From the sequence record SRR20825006_2064: 64,000 nucleotides of DNA. One strand, 5' to 3'. Position 1 is the stretch's first letter; each line of letters begins with the position of its first letter. Below are positions 20,250 through 28,568 of the stretch, piece after piece. Position numbers and translations under genes: made by a program. The notes beneath the pieces were generated by a model, which did no database searches, was not told where the DNA came from, and saw nothing but the letters and a program-made list of their open reading frames with translations.

Positions 20250-20822
20250 TCAGGGCGTGATAACCATCATCAACGCCCGCGCACCCGTGGTGCCCCGGTT
20301 CTCGATCACATGGGGAATATCTGCCGCATAACGGGCTGTATCCCCGGCCTCAGACACCTTTTCTTCACCACCGTTTTCAACCCACAGCGCGCCTTCAAGC
20401 ACGGTCAGGTGCTCAACGGTGCCTTCGCCGTGGCCGTCTGATGCCAGCTTGCCGCCAACTTCCAGGCGCATATCATACCATTCCGTGTGTGAGACAAGGT
20501 CAATAGGCCCCAGAATTCTAAGCACACATTTGCCATCAGCGCTTTGTATCTCTGGTATCTGGTACGATTTTACGACTTCAAAAGCAGGCGCTTCATCGTC
20601 CGCCTCATTTGGCGCACCCAAGAGACTCGCAATATCAATGCCCAGCGATTGGGTCAGGCTCCATAGCGTTGCAAGCGTTGGGTTGGTAAGCCCGCGCTCA
20701 ATTTGCGATAGCATGGATTTGGATACGCCGGACTTCTTGGCCAGCCCATCCAGCGTGAGCTTATGCTCTGCGCGCAGAGCTTTGATTTTTTGCCCAACGT
20801 CAGGCGGTGAATTGCGGGCCAT
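20250..20822 (-). CDS. XRE-family HTH regulator with C-terminal cupin domain (PuuR/SutR-like)
   Basis: LTLDGLAKKSGVSKSMLSQIERGLTNPT; cupin H..G..EHLTVLEG, ADIPH. Confidence 0.92.
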   Translation of the reverse strand: MARNSPPDVGQKIKALRAEHKLTLDGLAKKSGVSKSMLSQIERGLTNPTLATLWSLTQSLGIDIASLLGAPNEADDEAPAFEVVKSYQIPEIQSADGKCVLRILGPIDLVSHTEWYDMRLEVGGKLASDGHGEGTVEHLTVLEGALWVENGGEEKVSEAGDTARYAADIPHVIENRGTTGARALMMVITP

Positions 20823-20859
20823 GGTCTGTCCTTGGCGTATGAGAGTGCGAACTTGATTT

Positions 20860-20874
20860 GTTCACTATATTGAA
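20860..20874. promoter_or_regulatory. Palindromic operator GTTCACTATATTGAA upstream of the XRE gene
   Basis: TTCA-N6-TGAA dyad, same motif as upstream of kbl. Confidence 0.6.
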
Positions 20875-20982
20875 TTTTTCCCATGCGTCCAGCAAAAGGA
20901 AACTGTGGCAAAAAGCGCCACACTTTGCTGAAAAGTGTGCGCGTTTTTGCGGCGTAAGTGTGGCGTGTTTCGCCACACCCAC

Positions 20983-21819
20983 TTACCGTGTATTGGCTGG
21001 TGTTGCGGCGTGCCGATTTTCGAGCCATGTAACGCCATATTGTACAATGTCGGCTGCCTCGAACAGGTAGCAGGTCGCTCGCCCGACCTTGCCTTGTGTA
21101 TGCCGACCGTCAGCAAGATAGGCGAGGGCGATCGTCTCAACCGCGTCCATGCCGTCCTCAAGCGCGTAACAGTCCAGGATGCCGTTTGAATCCAGCTCAT
21201 CGACCCTGAGCCAGATTTTTTTGCCTGCCTTGTCCAATACAGGCGCTTCATAACTCACCCGCCGCTTGTTCGGGATGTCAGCCAGCGCTTCAGCGTAATG
21301 AAGCACAGTGACAGCATCAAGCGGTGCACCAAGCAGCAACACCTTGCCGTCAATTGCGACAAGACGTTCGAGCGGAGAGCCTGGACCATAGGCATGGTCC
21401 TTTGGATGCGGGTGAACCAGATAAGCCGCCTGAGGGCCAATTGCCGCCATGGAAGAATCCGGGTGATTGCTACGTTCCACATCTTTCTGGCGCAGAAACG
21501 CTGTGTTCAATATGCCATATTCAGGTTCAGGTGGTGCGGTGCGGGGGTCGAAGGCAGGCCAAGCCTCGCGCTGCGCCGCGCTCATGGTCCGGCCATTCAG
21601 GGTTTCAGCATAGGGTGAGTGTGCCCATGAGACCATGGCCATGAGGTTCCCTCGCGGTGATACGCTATCATGCAGGGCGCGAACCACGCCGTCTGCACCG
21701 CCCTCAACCGGGCCAAGCGCGCGCAAGGAAGCATGCACCATAACAGTATCGCCGGGGTTAATGCCAAGGGCTCGCAGTTCGCTGCAGAGCCCATCTTTAC
21801 CAAGAGCGTTTGTTGTCAT
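20983..21819 (-). CDS. aac(3): Aminoglycoside 3-N-acetyltransferase, AAC(3)-II-like (Antibiotic_NAT family)
   Basis: MVHASL, GPVEGGA, SPYAETLNG, RSNHPDSSM, LLLGAPLDAVTVLHYAE, DSNGILDC, DAVETIA. Confidence 0.9.
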   Translation of the reverse strand: MTTNALGKDGLCSELRALGINPGDTVMVHASLRALGPVEGGADGVVRALHDSVSPRGNLMAMVSWAHSPYAETLNGRTMSAAQREAWPAFDPRTAPPEPEYGILNTAFLRQKDVERSNHPDSSMAAIGPQAAYLVHPHPKDHAYGPGSPLERLVAIDGKVLLLGAPLDAVTVLHYAEALADIPNKRRVSYEAPVLDKAGKKIWLRVDELDSNGILDCYALEDGMDAVETIALAYLADGRHTQGKVGRATCYLFEAADIVQYGVTWLENRHAATPANTR

Positions 21820-21898
21820 CAGGTTGCCTCACGGTCAATTGCCCGAAGACTACGCTGAATGGACACGAGCCGAAAATCACAGTGCTGTTAGGAGTCTT

Positions 21899-22873
21899 CT
21901 AGTCCGCGCCGGTTTGCCACCCTGCTTCAAGTGCGGCTTTGGCTTCATTTTCACCCATGGTTATCAGATTCTGGATATCGGTTGCGTTAAAGTTGGTCAC
22001 ATCAATCGGCAAACGGTCTTCCGGGCGGACCTCAATAAACTCGATTATGTGTTTGCCGCGCGCTAGCAACTGGTCCCCCGGTGCCTTGCAGGCCCGGTTT
22101 ACCTTTTTCACTTCGTCCAGATCATTGTTCATGATCTCGCTTGTCAGCGTGCCGATGGTGCGTTTCAGAAGCTTGAGGATGCTCTTGAAGTTCTTCCGCG
22201 CATAATCCGGCGTCATATGGTCGGGTTTCATGGCAATCACAGCCATTTGTTTTGCGCCGCGTTTGATCGCGGGTTTAAGAGGCGCGATATTACGCACCCC
22301 ACCGTCCGCCAGCGGCATATTGTTCACCCACAGCAGCGGCATGGCTACCGGTTCGCGGGTGGAGGCAATCACATAGTCAAGGATATCGTCACCGAAAGTA
22401 TCAACATCAGCGTCGAAATAGTCGCACGTTGCCATGTTGGTGACACCACAGGCGTAATATGCTGGGCTGGCGCGCAGGTTTTCAGGTTTGATATTGGCGC
22501 GGGCCAGGCTGGCGGCACCATCCATGGTGGTCAACCCATCAAAATTGCCAAACAGAATATTTGCCACCAGCCCTAGCGTGCCGCGCTTTTTGCCGATGGA
22601 AGCAAAGCTGGTGATGTTGTCGCGCCAGAAAGCTTCAAGCTCGTTGCCGATCTCACCCCAATCGGGGGTGTTGCCTGCAAGCACGGCTGCGCCCGCGCGG
22701 TCCGCGAGGAAGCCACCATTCATTGAGCCGACAGAGACACCATAAATGGCGTTCGGTGCAAACTTGCTGCCGTCCGGAAAGGTGTGGTTGAGAAGCGCCT
22801 TTACCGCGCCTGCCTGATAGGCGCCTTTTACATTGCCGCCCGAAAGCACGAGCGCACGATCAAATTGTGCCAT
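21899..22873 (-). CDS. Patatin-like phospholipase
   Basis: LVLSGGNVKGAYQAG, GVSVG nucleophile elbow, DGG; ATG 22873 (ORF track 22903). Confidence 0.88.
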   Translation of the reverse strand: MAQFDRALVLSGGNVKGAYQAGAVKALLNHTFPDGSKFAPNAIYGVSVGSMNGGFLADRAGAAVLAGNTPDWGEIGNELEAFWRDNITSFASIGKKRGTLGLVANILFGNFDGLTTMDGAASLARANIKPENLRASPAYYACGVTNMATCDYFDADVDTFGDDILDYVIASTREPVAMPLLWVNNMPLADGGVRNIAPLKPAIKRGAKQMAVIAMKPDHMTPDYARKNFKSILKLLKRTIGTLTSEIMNNDLDEVKKVNRACKAPGDQLLARGKHIIEFIEVRPEDRLPIDVTNFNATDIQNLITMGENEAKAALEAGWQTGAD

Positions 22874-23067
22874 TTGAAATCCCCCATTTGTTTGCCACCT
22901 CAATGCCTTCCAGCCTACATCAGTGCGGGAAAAATTTCCCTCAAAAATTTAGCTGATAGGGAGCAGGGGAGGTGTCGCGGATACGGCAGGCGGATGTGGG
23001 GGGTTGACCTTTTGGGCGTGTCGGTGTGTGAATAAGCAGCAATTTGACGCTAGGGACGAGGGCTAAA

Positions 23068-23277
23068 GTGGCTACCGGTACAGTGAAATGGTTCAACATG
23101 AGCAAGGGTTACGGTTTTATCGCGCCAGACGAAGGTGCAGATGACGTTTTTGTTCATATCTCCGCGCTTAAGGCAGCGGGTATCCCCGCGCTTGATGAGG
23201 ACGACAGGGTTTCGTTCGAGATGGAAGAAGGCCCAAAAGGTCGCACGGTTGCGACTGACCTGAAGCGCCTCACCTAA
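23068..23277 (+). CDS. Cold-shock protein (CspA family)
   Basis: [26 protein letters not shown] 23068. Confidence 0.93.
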   Translation: MATGTVKWFNMSKGYGFIAPDEGADDVFVHISALKAAGIPALDEDDRVSFEMEEGPKGRTVATDLKRLT

Positions 23278-24503
23278 TCATCCGGGTTTGCGGCCACGGG
23301 TTTATCGTCAGTTGTTTTTTTGCAGGCCTCGACCTTGAAGAGCCGTCCGGCGGGTGAGACAGTCCAGCCTTGGATAAAGAGCGACGCCCCAACCATGATG
23401 AACACAAGGTTGAAGAAGTTCGGGGTCATTGGGCCGGGGCTGATAACCGGGATGATGGCAAGGAAGATGGGCACAGCACCCCTGAGGCCTACCCAGCCAA
23501 CATAAAGCTTTTCATTCAGTGAAAACTTGAACGGCGCAAGGCACAACAGTACTGCCAAGGGCCGGGCGATGAAGATGAGGATGGCGGCAAGGATAAGCCC
23601 CTCCCCAAGAACTCCCGGCAGTGCGCTTGGGGTCACGAGCACACCCAGCATGACAAACATAGCAATTTGTGCCAGCCACGCCAGGCCTTCATGAAAGTGA
23701 GCCAGCCGTTCTTTCCCATGCTCGCCGGTGTTTGCAACCGTAACACCGAACAGGTAAACGGCCAGAAAGCCGGAACCGCCCGCCAATGCAACGCCAGAAT
23801 AGGTACACATACCGGCCATCAGGAAAAAGGGTGAATTCAGCCCTGAAGGCAGTGTGACACGGCTGACGATGAAGGACGCGAGGGCGCCACCAGCTATGCC
23901 GCCAACAAGGCCGAGTCCCATTTGCTGTATGAAGCTTGGAGTCGCGCTGATGATGGACCCAAGGGTGAAATCTGCGTCCGTATCAACAATGGTGACAAAA
24001 GTGAGGGTCATGAAAATGGCGATGGGGTCGTTGAGGCCAGATTCGATGAACAGCGTGTCCTTGATTTTAGTTCGCGGTGCAACTTTGCTGTGGTTGAGCA
24101 TCATGAAGGTGGCTGCCGCGTCTGTCGAGCCAACAACAGCACCAAGCAGCATGCCTTCCGCCAGCGGTCTGCCGAAAATGAAGTGATAGGCCACCCCAAC
24201 GATGAGCGCAGTGAACAGCACACCAAAAGTGGCCAGAATGCCGGATGGCACCCCCGCCTTTTTAAAGTTCTTGAGTTTTGTATCCAACCCACCCGAGAGC
24301 AGGATCATGGCAAGGCACAAAGACCCCAACGTGTAGGCGAAACTGAAATTATCAAACTCGATCCCGCCCGGGCCATCCTCGCCAAGCAGCATACCAAAAC
24401 CTAGAAAGAGCAGGAGGATAGGTGCTTGCACCTTGGAAGATAACGGCACGATCAGGATGCTGAATACAGCGATGCCGGTGAGGATAAAAATCAGCGCTTC
24501 CAT
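23274..24503 (-). CDS. cvrA: K+/H+ antiporter (CvrA/NhaP2-like), membrane domain only
   Basis: [48 protein letters not shown]. Confidence 0.85.
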   Translation of the reverse strand: MEALIFILTGIAVFSILIVPLSSKVQAPILLLFLGFGMLLGEDGPGGIEFDNFSFAYTLGSLCLAMILLSGGLDTKLKNFKKAGVPSGILATFGVLFTALIVGVAYHFIFGRPLAEGMLLGAVVGSTDAAATFMMLNHSKVAPRTKIKDTLFIESGLNDPIAIFMTLTFVTIVDTDADFTLGSIISATPSFIQQMGLGLVGGIAGGALASFIVSRVTLPSGLNSPFFLMAGMCTYSGVALAGGSGFLAVYLFGVTVANTGEHGKERLAHFHEGLAWLAQIAMFVMLGVLVTPSALPGVLGEGLILAAILIFIARPLAVLLCLAPFKFSLNEKLYVGWVGLRGAVPIFLAIIPVISPGPMTPNFFNLVFIMVGASLFIQGWTVSPAGRLFKVEACKKTTDDKPVAANPDD

Positions 24504-24603
24504 CGGGGCAGTCGGCTCCTCATGTTGGTGTATCGGGGTGGTTGGCGTAGGTATACGGCAGGAAGCCGCTACCCTATCCTATCAATTGATGAACCATTTG
24601 TCT

Positions 24604-25260
24604 CTATTGTGGCGTGAGGTCATTAATTTTACCGGCCATCAGGGCGCGAATGTTGGTGGTGATGTCCTCAATAGGCCAAAACCACCATTCCAGTTCCAGC
24701 AGGCGTTTTACCAAGGTTTCATCAAACCGCATCTTGATCACACGGGCAGGGTTTCCGCCCACTATGGCATAGGGTGGTATGTTTTCCGTTACCACCGAAC
24801 CCGCTGCGATAATGGCGCCGGAGCCGATCCTGACCCCCGGCATGATCATGGCCTTATAACCTATCCATACATCGTGGCCGACCACCGTGTCGCCCTTTGA
24901 GGGCAGGCCCATAAGAAGGTCCATATGTTCACCCCAGCTCTCCCCAAATATGGGGAAGGGAAAGGTGGATGGCCCATCCATGCGGTGGTTGGCGCCATTC
25001 ATGATGAAGGTGGTACCCGTCGCAAACGCGCAAAAGCGACCAATTTCAAGTCGGTCCCCGTTTGCTTCATAGTGATAGAGCACATTACGTTCCTGAAAAC
25101 ATTCAGGCTCATGAGGGTCATCATAATAGCTATAGTCGCCCACGCTTATGTTGGGGCCGCTCATGATAGACTTGAGGAAAACGACGCGCTTGGTTGCTGC
25201 AAGCGGAAAGCGAGTGTCGGGGTTTGGTGCCGTTGCACCATTTGAAGGGGGTTTCTGCAT
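24604..25260 (-). CDS. Vat-like (streptogramin A) / CatB-related O-acetyltransferase, hexapeptide-repeat family
   Basis: PNISVGDYSYYD, MNGANHRMDGPSTFPF (Vat-type), GHDVWIG, PYAIVGGNPA, LEWW.W. Confidence 0.88.
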   Translation of the reverse strand: MQKPPSNGATAPNPDTRFPLAATKRVVFLKSIMSGPNISVGDYSYYDDPHEPECFQERNVLYHYEANGDRLEIGRFCAFATGTTFIMNGANHRMDGPSTFPFPIFGESWGEHMDLLMGLPSKGDTVVGHDVWIGYKAMIMPGVRIGSGAIIAAGSVVTENIPPYAIVGGNPARVIKMRFDETLVKRLLELEWWFWPIEDITTNIRALMAGKINDLTPQ

Positions 25261-25329
25261 AACAAAACCTATATCCGGAAAAGGGGAATTGGTGAGCCCT
25301 TTCGCCAGCTACGCCGGGTGCGGGGATAT

Positions 25330-25347
25330 TCAGGCAGTTTTGTTCAT
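25330..25347 (-). CDS. Putative leader peptide MNKTA (in-frame 15-aa form from 25377) of a translational attenuator
   Basis: AAGAGGAG SD, then ATG AAC AAA ACT GCC TGA; the coding sequence is complementary to the downstream RBS region. Confidence 0.6.
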   Translation of the reverse strand: MNKTA

Positions 25348-25433
25348 TGGCAGGACGCTCCTCTTCTTGTCATTCATATAGGATATGGTTGTCCGGATCG
25401 CAACAGGGTGTTCCATATAGCGCTTGCCATAGG

Positions 25434-25479
25434 CATATATTTCGGATACGAACTAAATAGTTCGCATACGAAATATATG
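25434..25479. promoter_or_regulatory. 46-bp palindrome containing two TTCGnATACGAA sites (putative MarR operator)
   Basis: 20 of 23 positions symmetric; ends 12 bp before the marR ATG. Confidence 0.75.
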
Positions 25480-25490
25480 GATAAAAGCCA

Positions 25491-25952
25491 ATGGCGGACC
25501 CCCGCATCTTCCATCTCCTGCATATGAGCCACCGGGCGATTTTTCGTGCCGCTGACCGGGTGCTGATGAACCGCTTCGGCATCACCGCAGCACAAAACGC
25601 GATGCTGCTGTATCTCTCAAAACACGAGGGGGCGATGATGGGCGCGGTGGCCGTGGCGCTGGGGCTGAAGAACGCAGCCATGTCGGGCCTCGTGGACCGG
25701 ATGGAGCAAAAAGACCTTGTGGAGCGCAAGCCAAGTACCTCTGACGGACGGGCTTATGAGCTCTACCTCAGGCCCTATGGGCGCGATATTGCCGAACAAT
25801 CCAAAGTTATTATCAAAGCCAGCAACGACTATCTGCTGGAGGGCCTTGATGACGGCAAACGCGATACCATTACCAATTTTTTGGAAACCATAATCGAACG
25901 CGCCGAAAACTTCGGCAGCCATGATCTTGACGATGAAGGACTGAAGCCATGA
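25491..25952 (+). CDS. MarR family transcriptional regulator
   Basis: GITAAQ..L, SGLVDRMEQKDLVER, DGRAY.L.L. Confidence 0.92.
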   Translation: MADPRIFHLLHMSHRAIFRAADRVLMNRFGITAAQNAMLLYLSKHEGAMMGAVAVALGLKNAAMSGLVDRMEQKDLVERKPSTSDGRAYELYLRPYGRDIAEQSKVIIKASNDYLLEGLDDGKRDTITNFLETIIERAENFGSHDLDDEGLKP

Positions 25953-26707
25953 CCGACCATATCCTTACCGAAATTCGCGACCGTGTTCTCCACATCACAT
26001 TCAACCGCCCGGAGAAGAAAAACGCGCTCACGCACGCAATGTACGCCAAAATGGTTGAGGCCATGCGGGTAGCAGATGAGGACGACGGCGTGCGCGCTAT
26101 CATGTTCACGGGCGCTGGTGATGTGTTCACGTCTGGTAATGACCTGGCTGATTTCCGCGATACGCCACCCCTTGGGGCTGATGCACCGGTGACCCAGTTC
26201 CTCGGCTGTTTGCTGAATGCGAAAAAACCGCTGGTGATGGCCGTGAACGGTATTGGTGTGGGCATTGGGCTCACCATGCTTTTACACGCCGATATTGTGT
26301 ATGCGAGTGAAAATGCAGTGTTGCAGGCCCCGTTTGTTGATCTGGCGCTTGTGCCCGAGGCGGCGTCATCCCTTTTGCTGCCGCGCCTTGTGGGCCACGC
26401 TAAAGCGGCGGAGATTTTCATGCTTGGCAAGCGCGTGAGCGCAGACGAAGCTTACACCATGGGCCTTGTCTCCAAGGTCCTGAAAGCCGAGGATTTGGTG
26501 GATGCAGCAACAAAAGCTGCCGTAACGCTTGCGAAAAAAGCGCCGCAATCCCTGCAGCTTACTAAAAAGCTGATGCGCGGCGACCATGACGCGGTGGCTG
26601 CCCGTATGGCGGAAGAAGGCAAGCTGTTTGGTGAACGCCTGACCTCGCCTGAACTGATGGAGGCCATCATGGCCTTCATGCAGAAACGCGAACCAAATTT
26701 CGGCTGA
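25949..26707 (+). CDS. Enoyl-CoA hydratase/isomerase family protein
   Basis: NRPEKKNAL, FTSGNDL, AVNGIGVGIG, PEAASS; ATGA overlap with marR. Confidence 0.92.
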   Translation: MTDHILTEIRDRVLHITFNRPEKKNALTHAMYAKMVEAMRVADEDDGVRAIMFTGAGDVFTSGNDLADFRDTPPLGADAPVTQFLGCLLNAKKPLVMAVNGIGVGIGLTMLLHADIVYASENAVLQAPFVDLALVPEAASSLLLPRLVGHAKAAEIFMLGKRVSADEAYTMGLVSKVLKAEDLVDAATKAAVTLAKKAPQSLQLTKKLMRGDHDAVAARMAEEGKLFGERLTSPELMEAIMAFMQKREPNFG

Positions 26708-26793
26708 TGATGCGGGCCAATAACGCCCTAGATAATTATAGAATTTAGTTTAGAAAATGAGTAAGGTCGCTTCCCTGTCATGAGGAGGCGACC

Positions 26794-28026
26794 TTGGCCG
26801 ACACCGATCAACCCGCAGATACCCCTGCAAAACCGTTGAAAACCTGGCGCACGCCAGAGGTTTGCCTTGTGCTGATGGCGGCGGCTGCGCCCTTCAGTTT
26901 TTCCATATGGATGGCACTGCTCAATAATTTTGCGCACGATCAGGCCCATTTTGGCGGCACCGAGATCGGTATATTGCAAAGCCTCAGGGAAATACCCGGT
27001 TTTCTGGCGTTCACGGCGGTGTTTGTACTGCTGATATTGAGGGAGCAGGTTTTTGCCGTGCTGTCGCTATCGCTCCTTGGGCTTGGGGTTGCGCTGACCG
27101 GGTTTTTCCCTACCGAATATGGGCTTTATTTCACCACTGTCATCATGTCGGTCGGCTTCCACTATTTTGAGACGATCCAGATGTCGCTCTCCTTACAGTG
27201 GCTGCCAAAAGAGATCGCGCCTAAAGCGCTTGGCTGGCAGATGTCCGCCAAATCAGTGGCATCTATCGCCGCATTCGGCCTTGTATGGCTGGGGCTTGAG
27301 CTTTTGGGGCTTGATTTCATCTGGCTTTATATGTTTGGCGGCGGCGTGACAGTTGCGCTTGCGCTTTATATCTGGGCTACGTTTCCGCGCTATGAAGGGC
27401 ATGAAGTTCAGCACAAGAAAATCATCCTGCGCAAACGCTACTGGCTTTATTATGCGCTCACCTTCATGGGCGGTGCCCGGCGGCAGATATTTGTGGTGTT
27501 CGCGGGCTTCCTGCTTGTCTCAAAATTTGGATACTCAGCGTCGGAAGTGGCGGCGCTTTATCTCGCCAACCACATAATCACGTCGTTTGTTGCTCCCATG
27601 CTTGGCGGTTTTATCACCCGTTTTGGGGAGCGGAACGCGCTCATCGTTGAATATATCGGCCTGATCGCCGTCTTCCTTGGTTATGCCTATGCGGCAACGC
27701 CCGAGGTGGCGGCGGTGCTTTATGTGCTTGATCACCTGTTCTTCTCGTTCGCGATTGCACAAAAAAGCTACCTGCAAAAAATTGCGGACGCACGGGACAT
27801 TGCCGCCACATCAAGCGTGAGCTTCTCGATCAACCATATAGCAGCTGTTGCGATACCGTTCCTGTTTGGCGCGTTCCTATGGCCAATCTCGCCCGTTTAT
27901 GTGTTTATCGCAGGCGCCATCATGGCTGGTGTGTCGCTCATACTGTCCCTCAATGTGCCGCGCACCCCCTTGCCGGGCAATGAGGTGGTGGTGGGGCACC
28001 GCTCTGTCCCCATCGCGGCGGAATAG
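26794..28026 (+). CDS. MFS transporter
   Basis: GAGGAGG RBS, TTG start, about 12 TM segments, LREIPGFLAF, GGARRQIF, FSINHIAAV. Confidence 0.85.
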   Translation: MADTDQPADTPAKPLKTWRTPEVCLVLMAAAAPFSFSIWMALLNNFAHDQAHFGGTEIGILQSLREIPGFLAFTAVFVLLILREQVFAVLSLSLLGLGVALTGFFPTEYGLYFTTVIMSVGFHYFETIQMSLSLQWLPKEIAPKALGWQMSAKSVASIAAFGLVWLGLELLGLDFIWLYMFGGGVTVALALYIWATFPRYEGHEVQHKKIILRKRYWLYYALTFMGGARRQIFVVFAGFLLVSKFGYSASEVAALYLANHIITSFVAPMLGGFITRFGERNALIVEYIGLIAVFLGYAYAATPEVAAVLYVLDHLFFSFAIAQKSYLQKIADARDIAATSSVSFSINHIAAVAIPFLFGAFLWPISPVYVFIAGAIMAGVSLILSLNVPRTPLPGNEVVVGHRSVPIAAE

Positions 28027-28094
28027 GCAAAAGCGATTGGCCTTTCTGATTGCTCAGGGTTAAACTTGCGCTATCTGAACCGGGGGAGGACCAA

Positions 28095-28490
28095 ATGACT
28101 GAGCCGCTTACCAAAATCGTATTTCTGCTTGTTGGGTTGATCAATTTCGTGCCGATCATGGGCGTGATGGGCCCTAGCACCCTTGGCGCCCTTTATGGTG
28201 TGGAGGTAGGCGATGACGCGACACTCACCCTTTTGATGCAGCACCGTGCCATGCTGTTTGGAATATTGGGCGGGTTTATCCTTCTGGCAAGCTTTCGCGC
28301 GGGCCTGCGTACGCCCGCCATGATGCTCGGTTACCTGAGTATGCTTGGGTTCATCGTGCTTTACCTGGGTTCCGGCTCACCGGATGCGCTCACAAACATC
28401 TTCTGGACCGACGTTGCCGGGTGCGTGCTGTTTGCCGTGCCCTTGCTGGTTGCTCGCCTCAACGCTGGCCAGACGACCGACCCGGCGTAA
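28095..28490 (+). CDS. Small 4-TM membrane protein of unknown function
   Basis: GGAGGA RBS; four hydrophobic segments; LYG...LMQHRAMLFG. Confidence 0.75.
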   Translation: MTEPLTKIVFLLVGLINFVPIMGVMGPSTLGALYGVEVGDDATLTLLMQHRAMLFGILGGFILLASFRAGLRTPAMMLGYLSMLGFIVLYLGSGSPDALTNIFWTDVAGCVLFAVPLLVARLNAGQTTDPA

Positions 28491-28568
28491 TCGCATTTGC
28501 GCCTTTGGATTCTGCTGATATATGAAACCATTGATGATGGCTGTGATTGAGTTGAAGGCAGGGTTGAT

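Noticed and set aside
20875-21898. aac(3) as an integron gene cassette
   Set aside because: Downstream hairpins lack attC core sites and no integrase is present
21899-22873. Patatin as a CBASS/CapV-type defence effector
   Set aside because: No cyclase or other defence genes adjacent; looks like a stand-alone lipase
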